Origin: a virus
Lineage: Duplodnaviria > Heunggongvirae > Uroviricota > Caudoviricetes
Reading direction: 5' to 3' (one strand)
DNA length: 42,768 nt
Virus record (IMG/VR): IMGVR_UViG_2531839663_000008
Coordinates: 1-42,768 of that record
The notes beneath the pieces are model-generated. The model was not told the DNA's origin and made no database searches. It saw nothing but the letters and a program-made list of their open reading frames with translations. Each line of letters begins with the position of its first letter. Position 1 is the stretch's first letter. Made by a program: the position numbers and the translations under genes. Below are positions 28,342 to 38,388 of this stretch, in pieces.

Positions 28342-28694
28342 GCGACTTATCAGACCTTGATATGAGCGACGCGTTAATCGGCTGGGAACAGCCTGTAAAA
28401 CTCAAAACCCGCACTGAAACCACCATCGATTTTGAACCGGTCGTGACTGTTAACAGCCAGGACATTCTGGCGGTGGTGCAAAGTGCGAACAAAGAGAATC
28501 TGACGCTGGATAGCCTGGACTGGTCGAAAGAATATCTGCTGATTCATGCACGGCTGAAAATTGAAACCGGTCAGTTTATTGAGAAGGGAGGCAAGGACTA
28601 CAAAGTCGTGTCCCCGGCCGATTTTATGGATTACGGATTCTGCGCTGTCATCGCCGAGGAAACCCGGCTCCCGCTACTGGTGCCAACGCCATGA
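28338..28694 (+). CDS. Phage structural protein (putative tail completion)
   Basis: 118 aa, overlapping starts and stops in the structural operon. Confidence 0.4.
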   Translation: MSDLSDLDMSDALIGWEQPVKLKTRTETTIDFEPVVTVNSQDILAVVQSANKENLTLDSLDWSKEYLLIHARLKIETGQFIEKGGKDYKVVSPADFMDYGFCAVIAEETRLPLLVPTP

Positions 28695-29179
28695 CACAAC
28701 CCCATCTGAAAGCTGTCGCGCGTTTCGTACGTGACCTTCTGGACTACGACGAGCAGCTGATCAAGTTCGACCGTCGGAACGTGCAGGCGTCCGACTTTTC
28801 CACCAGTTATATCGTGGTAAACGGCTCACTACCGCAATCAGTGCTGGCCCGTGGCCAGCGCTTTAATGGTGACGCGGAAGTGATGACTTATAGCGCCTCA
28901 GTGAGCCACGCGATTGTCCTGGAGTTTTACGGGGATAAGGCTTACGTCAACGCTGAAAGCTTCATGATGCTGAGTGAAAGCCAGCACGCGAACGAACTGC
29001 GCCGCACGCATTCACTCACCATCATGGCCGTCTCAAACATCATCGATGTGGGGCAACTCCTGGGGCAGTCCCACGGTAATCGTGTTCACCTGAGTTTCAA
29101 TGTTCAGTATGCCCCTGCGCGGGACGTGCAGACACTGCGCATCGATACGCCGCAGTTTCAATTTTTAGAGGACAAGTAA
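28691..29179 (+). CDS. Phage structural protein (putative)
   Basis: 162 aa, positional. Confidence 0.4.
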   Translation: MTQPHLKAVARFVRDLLDYDEQLIKFDRRNVQASDFSTSYIVVNGSLPQSVLARGQRFNGDAEVMTYSASVSHAIVLEFYGDKAYVNAESFMMLSESQHANELRRTHSLTIMAVSNIIDVGQLLGQSHGNRVHLSFNVQYAPARDVQTLRIDTPQFQFLEDK

Positions 29180-30682
29180 ATGTCGGCATCAATTAATAAC
29201 GTCATTAATGTGACGCTTCTCGAAGAGGGACGGGCGGCGGCGCGAGATAACATCAACGTTTGCGCAATTCTGACCAGCCAGACGGGGGTATTGAGCACTG
29301 CTGAACGCTGGCGTTCATACAAAAGCGCATCTGCTGTCGAACAGGACTGGGGGGCTTCTTCAGTCACCGCAGCTTTTGCGAATGTGTTTTTCGGGACCAG
29401 TCCTAACCCGGTATCCGCGGGCGGCACGCTGATCGTCGGTTACTGGAACGCTGCCGGGGAAACGCTGCCTGCGACCAGCGGTGTACTGCGTGGCGGTGAG
29501 ATTTCTCAGGCAGTCGTACTGCCAGCGTTACGCGAGAAGTCTGACTGGTCATTCAGTATTGAGATTGACGGCACTAAGCACGATGTGACTGAAATTAATG
29601 GCATGACGGCGACGACACTGGCAGATGTCATCGCCCAAATCCAGGCGAAAATTACGCCAGATGTTGCATCGGTTGTTTTTGATGGCAGCCGTATAGCGAT
29701 TACCAACAAATCGACAGGGACTAACTCTGTTGTTGGTTATCCGACAGTGCTGGATGGTGGCTCTTTTATTGGCGATCTGCTGGCGGTTGCGGAGGGTTCC
29801 GGCGCTTCGCTGGTAAACGGTAGCGCATCAACTGAGATTTCACCGGAAACACAACTGGAATCTCTCAGCAAACTCAAAGCGCAGGTCAACGTAAAAGGCG
29901 CGGCCTTCATCGACAAAATTCTCGATGCGCAGGTGCCGTTGATCGCTTCATGGGCTAAAGCGAACGCGGTAATCGTGTATGAGACATTTACCGGTTCGGC
30001 AGCTCTGGAAGTTGATCCGACTAACCCGGCATGGGCGGTAACACTCGCCAGCCAGAGTAATTTCCGCATGCTCTACAGCAAAACAGGCAACCGGAAATTT
30101 GGTGTTAGCTATATGGCGCGCACGCATACCGTTAATTTCAACGGAGAACGCACTGCAATCACTTTGCACCTCAAAACGATGAACGTGCCGGCCGAAAGTT
30201 ATGAGCAGACGGAGATCGACAAAGCGAAGCGTGTAGGTCTCGACATCTACACCACGATTAAAGACGTTCCCTGCGTGCTGTCGAGCGGTGCTAATGATTT
30301 TGTCGACAACGTCTATAACCTGATGGCCTACGTTGACGCAGTGCAGACGGATTCCTTCAACCTCCTTAAAACTACGCCGACTAAAGTCCCACAAACCTAT
30401 TATGGCGTTGATCAGTTAGAGGACTGTGTAGAGAAAACCACGCATGGGTTTGTGAAGGCTGGGGTGTTCAATCCGGGTACCTGGACGCTGCCTGACTTCT
30501 TCGGGGATCGGGATATGTTTCTGCGAAATATCGAGCAAAACGGGTATTACGTGCTGGCCGGTGACCTGAAAGACCAGTCAACCGCAGACAGGCAGGAACG
30601 CAAATCCCCGGTTGTTCAGGTAGCAGTGAAGAATGCTGGTGCTGTTCACAGTGCCGATATCATCATCAATTTCAATAAATAA
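29180..30682 (+). CDS. Tail sheath protein (putative)
   Basis: 500 aa immediately before tube, chaperone and tape-measure genes. Confidence 0.6.
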   Translation: MSASINNVINVTLLEEGRAAARDNINVCAILTSQTGVLSTAERWRSYKSASAVEQDWGASSVTAAFANVFFGTSPNPVSAGGTLIVGYWNAAGETLPATSGVLRGGEISQAVVLPALREKSDWSFSIEIDGTKHDVTEINGMTATTLADVIAQIQAKITPDVASVVFDGSRIAITNKSTGTNSVVGYPTVLDGGSFIGDLLAVAEGSGASLVNGSASTEISPETQLESLSKLKAQVNVKGAAFIDKILDAQVPLIASWAKANAVIVYETFTGSAALEVDPTNPAWAVTLASQSNFRMLYSKTGNRKFGVSYMARTHTVNFNGERTAITLHLKTMNVPAESYEQTEIDKAKRVGLDIYTTIKDVPCVLSSGANDFVDNVYNLMAYVDAVQTDSFNLLKTTPTKVPQTYYGVDQLEDCVEKTTHGFVKAGVFNPGTWTLPDFFGDRDMFLRNIEQNGYYVLAGDLKDQSTADRQERKSPVVQVAVKNAGAVHSADIIINFNK

Positions 30683-30692
30683 GGAGCGGTAA

Positions 30693-31124
30693 ATGTCTCA
30701 GATTGTTATCAGTGCAGATACCGCGACCATCGTTCTGAATGGGCGAATCATCACGGATATCGCTGCGGGGGACTACGTCACGCTGACGCCATCCAATCCG
30801 CTTACAAGCCGCGCCAATAGTGCGAATAACGGCGTCACAATCTCGGGGCGTGTTGATGCCGGGGTGCATGTGATGGTGATACGTGTCCAGAAATTTTCTA
30901 ACGATGATATCTGGCTTAACCAGCAGCGTACCGCCGCGATCCCCGTTGTCTTTAACGGCTCAGTTAAAGAGTCGTTCGTGCGCGACGGCGCGGCACTGAA
31001 GGAAACCTACGATCTTCAGGCCGGTTCTATCACCACACAACCGACGCAAACCAAAAACAACCAGGACGTTAACGCACTGATGGAATACACCATTGAGTAC
31101 CGCAATGTCGTGCGTAATGTATAA
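30693..31124 (+). CDS. Tail tube protein (putative)
   Basis: 143 aa, between sheath and chaperone genes. Confidence 0.55.
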   Translation: MSQIVISADTATIVLNGRIITDIAAGDYVTLTPSNPLTSRANSANNGVTISGRVDAGVHVMVIRVQKFSNDDIWLNQQRTAAIPVVFNGSVKESFVRDGAALKETYDLQAGSITTQPTQTKNNQDVNALMEYTIEYRNVVRNV

Positions 31125-31132
31125 GGTCAGAT

Positions 31133-31546
31133 ATGTCTAAAGAACAGCAGAAAAAAGCACTCGAGATGATCAAGGCGGTCTACGATGACGGTTTTGCTGA
31201 AATCAACGGCAACCGCTACGACTTTGCTGCGATGACACACAAAAAACGCCGCAAGGTTTTTGCCTTCTTCACAGGCATTGCCTCTGAGTTATCGCGGCAG
31301 TCTCTTGAGTTTCTGGACTCAGAGCGATTTGAGGAAATTGAACGCCTGATGTTCGATTACGTTCTGTTTGACGGTGTGCAACTGTCTAAGCAGCCGGAAC
31401 ACTTCGAATCCTACCCTGGTGATTACGTCATGCTAATCACAACAGCGCTTCAGGTTATCAGCCTGCCTTTTATGGGCGGGAGCAATATGAACTCACGTTC
31501 AGAAGCTCCAGACGTTCAGAAATTTACGTTAAATCCTCGAACATAA
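31133..31546 (+). CDS. Tail assembly chaperone (putative); overlapping -1 frame ORF suggests a frameshift-extended isoform
   Basis: 137 aa directly upstream of tape measure; -1 frame is open from about 31390 to 31713. Confidence 0.5.
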   Translation: MSKEQQKKALEMIKAVYDDGFAEINGNRYDFAAMTHKKRRKVFAFFTGIASELSRQSLEFLDSERFEEIERLMFDYVLFDGVQLSKQPEHFESYPGDYVMLITTALQVISLPFMGGSNMNSRSEAPDVQKFTLNPRT

Positions 31547-31699
31547 GCGACGACATGAGCATGTATCTGGCGCTATCAAAGGCCGGATACGGCCCCTATC
31601 ACGAACTTGTTAAATTAGACACACCAGAGCTGTTTGACATGCTTGAGTTCGAGAATATCAGCGCAGACATTCAACACTACGAGATGGAGAAGGCGCGGA

Positions 31700-33496
31700 A
31701 TGGCGATAGTTAACGAGCTTATTACCAAATTCGGTTTTATCGGTAATCTGGCGCCGCAGGAAACCTTCAATGCAAATCTGAAAGCATCTATTGGTTTGCT
31801 TGCCGGGCTTGGAGCCGCTATCGCCGGTTCGGCTGCGGGGGTTGCTGGCTGGGTGACGTCTGTCAGTCAGTCTATTGATCCGCTGGTCCAGTTCTCCCGG
31901 GAAACGGGGGTGGCGATCGAGACCGTTCAGTCACTGGGTTACGCGGCGTCTGTAAATGGCTCAAGTGTTGATGCGTTGCAGGCTTCGCTAGGTGAGATGA
32001 CAAAAAGAGTGGGGGAGTTCGTTTCCACCGGTGAGGGGGAGGCGAAAGACGTTGCGGAAAGGCTGGGCCTTCAGTTCAAGGATATGAACGGGCAGGTAAA
32101 AAACTCCGATGTGATATTTCGTGAACTGGCCGACAAACTGCACGGCATGAGCCAGGCAGAGAAGTTTTCTGTTCTGGATAAGATGGGTATCGACCGTTCC
32201 ATGGTGCAGTTGCTATCCATGACGGGCGAAGAAATATCTTCGTTGCAGAACAAGGCCGAGGCGCTTGGTGTTGTCACGCAAGACCAGGCCGATCAGTTTG
32301 CAGCCTACAACGATTCTCTGACAACGCTGGGGAAAGGCTTTGATGGTATCAAATTTCAGGTTGCCGTCGGATTTGTGCCGGTACTGAAAGACCTGGTGGA
32401 TGGGTTTACGGACTTTCTCATTGCTAATAAGGATCTCATCAAAAACGGGCTGGCCCATCTTGGGGAAATTATCTTCTCCGTTATGGGTATGATCCGTCGC
32501 TTCCTGCCGATTATTGGTCTTATTACCACCGGATTTGTAGCCTGGAAAATTGCTGCTATAGGACTTAGAGCGGTGCTGGCAACCATATTCTCTCCTGTCG
32601 TACTGATCACTGCCGCCATTATCGCTGTCGTTCTTGTTATCGATGATTTGCTGACGGCTATGGAAGGTGGCCAAAGCGTTATTGCTGATTTCTTCAAAGA
32701 TAACTGGGGAATAGATATTGTTCCCGCACTGAAAGAGGCGAAAGCGTCGCTCATGGCTTTCATAAACTACGCTATTGGCGTGTTTAAACCGCTTGCTGAT
32801 GCGATTGCCTCCATGTTCAGGATGGTGTGGCATCTCATCACAGGTGCGTTTACGGGTGATTTTCAGGGTGCGATGAAGGATGCGCAGAATATCTTTGATT
32901 CTCTTATAGCGTTTATCACTGGTGCATTTGGTGTCGTTGGTGATGCGATTAAATACGTGTTTGGCGATGCCGGCGCGTTTGTCGTTGATGTATTCACTAC
33001 TGCCATCGAAAACACGAAGCTGATGTTCTCAGCACTATGGAAGTTAGTCACTGGCGATTTTGAAGGTGCATGGGGGGATGTGGTAAAAATCTTCGATAAC
33101 GGCGTCGAACTGATGAAAAAACCATTCACGGCTTTTATTGACTGGGCGAAAAACATCTTTGCTGGGCTGGGGGAATACATCAGCAATATTATCAGCAACG
33201 CTGCTTCAAATGCCTGGAATGCGACAAAGTCATTCTTCGGGGTCGGTGAGGATGAACAGCAGCAGGGAGTAACCGGCGGCGGTAACGGCGGCATGAGTCC
33301 TGGTGGTATTCCTTACGGCATGAATGCTGCGGTGGGACTCGGTGGTGGTGGCGTGACAAGCAATTCAAGCGTCAGCCAGCAGAACACGATTCACATCAAC
33401 ACATCCGATCCGGTTGTCGCCGGGAATACTGCGGCAGATAGCCTGCAACAAAACATGAAGGATGCCAACCGGTTGAGTGGCAGAGGAGGTCGGTAA
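31700..33496 (+). CDS. Tail tape measure protein
   Basis: Start at MAIVNELIT; Ala/Gly-rich with hydrophobic middle segment and Gly-rich C-terminus. Confidence 0.7.
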   Translation: MAIVNELITKFGFIGNLAPQETFNANLKASIGLLAGLGAAIAGSAAGVAGWVTSVSQSIDPLVQFSRETGVAIETVQSLGYAASVNGSSVDALQASLGEMTKRVGEFVSTGEGEAKDVAERLGLQFKDMNGQVKNSDVIFRELADKLHGMSQAEKFSVLDKMGIDRSMVQLLSMTGEEISSLQNKAEALGVVTQDQADQFAAYNDSLTTLGKGFDGIKFQVAVGFVPVLKDLVDGFTDFLIANKDLIKNGLAHLGEIIFSVMGMIRRFLPIIGLITTGFVAWKIAAIGLRAVLATIFSPVVLITAAIIAVVLVIDDLLTAMEGGQSVIADFFKDNWGIDIVPALKEAKASLMAFINYAIGVFKPLADAIASMFRMVWHLITGAFTGDFQGAMKDAQNIFDSLIAFITGAFGVVGDAIKYVFGDAGAFVVDVFTTAIENTKLMFSALWKLVTGDFEGAWGDVVKIFDNGVELMKKPFTAFIDWAKNIFAGLGEYISNIISNAASNAWNATKSFFGVGEDEQQQGVTGGGNGGMSPGGIPYGMNAAVGLGGGGVTSNSSVSQQNTIHINTSDPVVAGNTAADSLQQNMKDANRLSGRGGR

Positions 33497-34302
33497 TGGG
33501 GATTCTAGACGGCCTCATGCAGGCGCAATCTTCTGGCAAAGATACTGTTAAAAAGGTAGGGATCGGCGGGTTCTCAATGTTTGCCCGAGTGAGCGATGCT
33601 ACTGAATACCCGTCTCAGGTTCCTGTAGACGTGCTGGAGGATGGCAGTAACGCGTCAGACGACATTATCAATGGCCCGCTGACGATAAAAATCAGCGGTG
33701 TTGTTGCCGATATTTTTGTCGATGCGAAACCAAACTCTTCTTTTAGCCTGATGCCAGATTATTCGAAGTATGGTGAGGTGCTGGAGTACATCCCCGCAAA
33801 GACGCAGCAGCAGTTGCAAAAAATGAATGAGATTGCCGACCGCGCAGAGCAGGCCATCTTAAAGGCAAAACGCGTGGCTGATAAAGGAGCCGACCTGTTT
33901 GGGCTGGTGGGCAACCCGTCTACTGGTGGCGCTAAAGGTATACGCGAGCAATTTCTCGACTTCATTGAGGGGGTGTACTACGGCAAGCAGCTTATTTCCG
34001 TGGAGGTGGATTATCGCACCCATGAAAATATGGCGTTAAGCGGCCTGACCATCAGTACCGACAATCAAACGATGGAAACTAAGTTTGAAGCCAGTTTTAC
34101 AAAAATCACCTTCACGCAACTGACTACCGCACCGATTGAGCAGCACTTCAAATCCCCCTCGGCAGCTGCTAAATCAAAAACGGCGGGCGTTGCTAATAAG
34201 GGGGCGCAGACGCCCGCTGATAATTCTAAAAAAAGTAACGGGACCAGCCAGTCAAAATCAGTCATGACCTCGTTAAAAGGGGCGGCGAAATCTTTATTCT
34301 AA
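33496..34302 (+). CDS. Tail/baseplate-associated protein (putative)
   Basis: 268 aa, positional. Confidence 0.4.
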   Translation: MGILDGLMQAQSSGKDTVKKVGIGGFSMFARVSDATEYPSQVPVDVLEDGSNASDDIINGPLTIKISGVVADIFVDAKPNSSFSLMPDYSKYGEVLEYIPAKTQQQLQKMNEIADRAEQAILKAKRVADKGADLFGLVGNPSTGGAKGIREQFLDFIEGVYYGKQLISVEVDYRTHENMALSGLTISTDNQTMETKFEASFTKITFTQLTTAPIEQHFKSPSAAAKSKTAGVANKGAQTPADNSKKSNGTSQSKSVMTSLKGAAKSLF

Positions 34303-34314
34303 TGAGAGCAACGT

Positions 34315-34650
34315 ATGGATCCGATAACCAACATCACTGACGAACCTATCCAGCGGCATGTTCTGATTTTTGACCGTGGTGAGGCTGTGGTCACTATTCG
34401 TTATCTGCCTACGGTTGAAATGTGGAAAATGCGCGTGGAGTACAACGGTGATTACATCGACGGCGTGAAGCTGTCCCTCGGGACGCTACATTTTCGGCAC
34501 AAGAACTGGCCTTTCGACGTTGTGTTACTTTGCGCTGACAATTCCGGCATTGACCCATATCGGGCTGACGACTTCGCCAGTGGTCGCATCGAAATGTATC
34601 TGGTCACGCCGGAAGAGATGATTGATATTCGCGGGGGAGACGTGCCGTGA
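34315..34650 (+). CDS. Baseplate protein (putative)
   Basis: 111 aa, positional. Confidence 0.4.
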   Translation: MDPITNITDEPIQRHVLIFDRGEAVVTIRYLPTVEMWKMRVEYNGDYIDGVKLSLGTLHFRHKNWPFDVVLLCADNSGIDPYRADDFASGRIEMYLVTPEEMIDIRGGDVP

Positions 34651-35594
34651 TGGATACTTTTTACCGTGATTATCGGCTGACGGTGGGGATCGGCAATCAA
34701 GCAGTGATTATCGAGCCACCGATCACCGTGTCATTCAAGGCGCTGGAAACTGTGGACAAGAAGTCACTCGGCAAGCTGAGTGTGTCCATCAACGGGCTAA
34801 AGCCTTCCACGCGTCTGCAATTGCTCAAGTCCGAAGATGAAGAGAAGTATATCCCCGTTCGACTCGAGGTTGGTTACGACGGCAAGCTGCGCCAGGTATT
34901 TCAGGGTTCGGTTAAAAGCGGAGCAGTAAAGCGTGAGGGGGCGATCCACATCGTCAGCCTGGAATGTGAAGACGGTGGCCACGACTATATCAACGCTTTC
35001 ACATCGCGCACGGTACGCGGGAAAGATCAGGTCGTCGATTCTGTCTTGCAGGATATGCCAAACACGAAAAAAGGCTCTGTGACGAAGCAACAAGCACTCA
35101 TCAGGCCGAAGGTTCTGGTAGGTAGCTCCAGTAAAATTCTTACCGATACCCTTGCGTCCGACGAGTCATTTTTCATCAAAGATGAGCGCGTCCACATCCT
35201 CAAGGCTAATGAGGTTACATCGGGTAACATTCCAGTCGTGAATGCGCGTAGCGGTCTGCTAAATACGCCTCAGGCAACGAAGATTAGCGCACAGGATGAC
35301 GGGGGGAAGAAAGCCAAGATGCCAACCAATGAGCCTGATACGGATCCGGCAGGCAAAAAAGATACTGACTCGAGTACCTTAGCCAAATCCTCGAAAGGGC
35401 AGATCGTATTCGATACGAAACTGAATCCTATGCTGGTGATCGGTGGGCTTTGCGCTGTTGAAAGCGTGACGAACCCCGCGTTAAACGGGGTTTATAAGAT
35501 ATACCAGATTGAAACCAGCGGGCAGAACAACGGGGCAGCCTGGTATCAGAAGGTGGTATGCCAGCCTGCCGGAAATTACTCAGTTGTTAACTGA
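34647..35594 (+). CDS. Baseplate hub-like protein (putative)
   Basis: 315 aa, positional. Confidence 0.45.
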   Translation: MMDTFYRDYRLTVGIGNQAVIIEPPITVSFKALETVDKKSLGKLSVSINGLKPSTRLQLLKSEDEEKYIPVRLEVGYDGKLRQVFQGSVKSGAVKREGAIHIVSLECEDGGHDYINAFTSRTVRGKDQVVDSVLQDMPNTKKGSVTKQQALIRPKVLVGSSSKILTDTLASDESFFIKDERVHILKANEVTSGNIPVVNARSGLLNTPQATKISAQDDGGKKAKMPTNEPDTDPAGKKDTDSSTLAKSSKGQIVFDTKLNPMLVIGGLCAVESVTNPALNGVYKIYQIETSGQNNGAAWYQKVVCQPAGNYSVVN

Positions 35595-36113
35595 AGATTT
35601 TACTTCTTGCGTTACGCTGGAATTGGTTTTTTCTGGTGGGTGACGATCTGAAAGCCAGCCAAGAGCAAAAATAATGACTGTGAGAATAAAAATTTTCTCG
35701 CCTATTGAAAACTTCACCTTACCACCTGCATTTTTAAATGCCGTTTTCTCCTCGGTTGATAGTTTTCTAAATTGCTTATGGGTTAATACCATGACCAATG
35801 GGCGAGGTGGTTGAATATCTTCCTGACCATCCTCTAACAACGTTGAGTCCGAAAAGAAACCAAGCCGCTCAGGTGCTTGTTCCTCTACGTTCTCAGCGTG
35901 TTTACCGGTGGAGTTCTTTTGACCCGCGAGCAAGTTTCCACTCGTGTAAGACAAACCGGTACCGGGAATGCCTGCGGTTGCCTTTACCCCTTTTTTACCA
36001 ACGTTCAGGGTAGCACCAGCCTTACCAATTGATGCGCTAGTAATGCCTGTTTTACCTATGTTTATATGAATGCCTGGTGCAATTTTGATGCGCTGTCTGA
36101 ATTTGAATCCCAT
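35580..36113 (-). CDS. DUF4236-like protein with C-terminal TM helix, reverse-oriented moron in the baseplate cluster
   Basis: N-terminus MGFKFRQRIKIAPGIHINIGKTG...GIPGTGLSYTSG matches the DUF4236 signature; C-terminal KIFILTVIIFALGWL; AT-rich; only minus-strand gene in the structural operon. Confidence 0.5.
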   Translation of the reverse strand: MGFKFRQRIKIAPGIHINIGKTGITSASIGKAGATLNVGKKGVKATAGIPGTGLSYTSGNLLAGQKNSTGKHAENVEEQAPERLGFFSDSTLLEDGQEDIQPPRPLVMVLTHKQFRKLSTEEKTAFKNAGGKVKFSIGEKIFILTVIIFALGWLSDRHPPEKTNSSVTQEVKSSVNN

Positions 36114-36228
36114 GAGTGACTCTCCTTAGTATTAAACGCTGGCGCAGGTTCGCTCTACGGCGATTAGTATGAGTATTTATCTAGCCATCCATTGAACCCA
36201 CTCTGGCGGTTTTTTATGGGCTTAATTT

Positions 36229-36846
36229 ATGATCGAAGAACTTCACGACACTATCGGCCTGGGTGTTGAATTTGCTCTGGCCGATGTTCACACCATTGTT
36301 GTCGCAAAAATAACGTCTGTAAATGACAAAACAATCAGTTGCGTCCCCGTTATCAATCGGGTTGTGAAAGGGAGCAGCAAGCAACTCCCAGAGTTCATTG
36401 AAGTCCCCCCGGTAATTTTGCAAGGCGGTGATAGTTATATCGCCGAACCAATTGCGGCTGGTGACTATTGCCTCGTCCTTATCTCTGAGCGTTGTTATGA
36501 CGCTTGGTATGCGGGTAGCGACTTTGTTTCACCACTTGAAATGCGTATGCACGATTATTCAGATGGCTTCGCTCTGTGTGGGGTTAACCCACAGGCTACC
36601 GCGATCAATATCCCTAAGAAGAACAGGATGATGAAGGGGGATTCTGACCACGAGGGTGATTTAAACCTCACAGGAAATATTACCCAGAAAGATGGTAAGA
36701 CGACTCTGGAAGAATGCGATGTTCTGAATGTACTTCAATATTCCCAGGTAAAGACAGGCGGTAAGTCTGGGGTGTCTGGTTCATTTCGAAGCGATGACGG
36801 GAAAACAATCACAGTTACCAACGGTATTGTCACGGAGATCTCATGA
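36229..36846 (+). CDS. Baseplate assembly protein V-like (spike)
   Basis: 205 aa; gpV-like baseplate position. Confidence 0.6.
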   Translation: MIEELHDTIGLGVEFALADVHTIVVAKITSVNDKTISCVPVINRVVKGSSKQLPEFIEVPPVILQGGDSYIAEPIAAGDYCLVLISERCYDAWYAGSDFVSPLEMRMHDYSDGFALCGVNPQATAINIPKKNRMMKGDSDHEGDLNLTGNITQKDGKTTLEECDVLNVLQYSQVKTGGKSGVSGSFRSDDGKTITVTNGIVTEIS

Positions 36847-37223
36847 TTGTTTCAGCACTTGATAAAAATGACGACTGGGGATTTGGGCGCGGGAAGGCAA
36901 ACTATATAACTGGCGGTGCTGCTATCGCGCAGAAAGCCAAATGCCGGATCCGCTCGTTCAAAAACGATAATCCCCTCAACATGGATGACAACATCGACTG
37001 GCTTTACCTGTTATCAGAGAAAAACACCGAGCAGGAGATTCTGCGGGAGATAGAGCGCGTGACGCTGGCGACGGATGGGGTTATGCGCATTACCGCTCTG
37101 GCGATGGAGGTCAATAAGGCCACCCGGTCACAAAAAATCGAACTCAGCATTGAGACCGTCTATGACCAGCAGACGATCACCTTCCCGGTCAACGGAGCGT
37201 TGAAGAATGGCACTACAGTTTAG
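36843..37223 (+). CDS. Baseplate wedge protein (gpW/gp25-like)
   Basis: 126 aa, between V-like and J-like genes. Confidence 0.55.
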   Translation: MIVSALDKNDDWGFGRGKANYITGGAAIAQKAKCRIRSFKNDNPLNMDDNIDWLYLLSEKNTEQEILREIERVTLATDGVMRITALAMEVNKATRSQKIELSIETVYDQQTITFPVNGALKNGTTV

Positions 37224-38388
37224 CGACAACGGCCTTGAGACAAGCACTCTCCGGGAGTTATTTCAGGAACTGAGCGACGGATATAAGGGAATTTATGGTC
37301 AGGATATCGATTTAGACCAGGAATCTCCCGACGGTCAACGCGTGGCAATCGAAGCTCAGGCTCGGGCAGATATTGAAGCCGCGCTGCAATGGCTTTATTC
37401 CCAAATGGACCCCGATTTTAATACTGGTGATATGCAGCAGATTATCGCCAAACTTCACGGGCTTTTCCTTCGCCCCGGCTCCCGGTCTCAGCGTGACCTT
37501 AAAGTCACAACAGACAGGCCGGTGCTTCTCTATAGCGGGTACAAGATACGGGACCAGGCAAATCAGGTCTGGGCTATCCGACAGGACGTGACCGTTCCGG
37601 CGGGCGTCACAACAGCCACCTTTTTTGCTCAAAACTTTGGGAAAGTTACTGGGCTTGTGAACGACACCTTCACTCAACTCACACCAGAACCAGGGATTGT
37701 GAGCATTATCTCTGATTCCGCGGTTGTGGTCGGTCGGGATGAGGAAACGCCTGAAGAATTCAGGCAACGCCGGAACCGGTCGCTTGAGAACCCGGCAACA
37801 GGTAGCACTGGGGCGGTTTTCGCTAAAGTTGCTCAACTGACAGGTGTAATTGATCTGAATATCGGAGAGAACGACACAAAAATTGATAATCCGACGACGG
37901 GTATCCCGGCCAATTCAATATGGCTGGTCGTTGAGGGGGGAGCGATTTCAGAAATTGTGGAGGTGATGGTTAAACAGAAAGGCGGTGGAACGGGAACGAA
38001 AGGCAGCATAACCGGACGTTTTACCGAGACCCTGATTCGGCCTGACGGCACTTCATTTCTGATAGCCCATGAACTTCAGTTTGATCGGCCCATCTATAAG
38101 CCGCTTCATATCAGGCTTAATGCCCGCCGGAAGATTCAAAGCGAACCGATAGATATCGATACTCTCAAAAAATCTCTTGCATCACGCACCATGCATATTG
38201 GTGAGTCTGTGGATGCCAATGAATTTTATGAGAATGGGTATGGGGTAGGACGGGTAAATTTTGTGCTGACCAATCTGCAAATTAGCAGTAATGGGGCAGA
38301 TTACACCGATGCTGAGTTATCGCCAGGCTTTCAGGGAAAGTTCACGTTGAGTGTGGAAAATATAGACGTTAACGAGGTGGTCCAGTGA
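37207..38388 (+). CDS. Baseplate protein J-like
   Basis: 393 aa in gpJ position. Confidence 0.6.
   Translation: MALQFSDNGLETSTLRELFQELSDGYKGIYGQDIDLDQESPDGQRVAIEAQARADIEAALQWLYSQMDPDFNTGDMQQIIAKLHGLFLRPGSRSQRDLKVTTDRPVLLYSGYKIRDQANQVWAIRQDVTVPAGVTTATFFAQNFGKVTGLVNDTFTQLTPEPGIVSIISDSAVVVGRDEETPEEFRQRRNRSLENPATGSTGAVFAKVAQLTGVIDLNIGENDTKIDNPTTGIPANSIWLVVEGGAISEIVEVMVKQKGGGTGTKGSITGRFTETLIRPDGTSFLIAHELQFDRPIYKPLHIRLNARRKIQSEPIDIDTLKKSLASRTMHIGESVDANEFYENGYGVGRVNFVLTNLQISSNGADYTDAELSPGFQGKFTLSVENIDVNEVVQ

Noticed and set aside
32071-33294. Minus-strand ORFs of 68-206 aa
   Set aside because: Antisense to the tape-measure gene; low-complexity translations.
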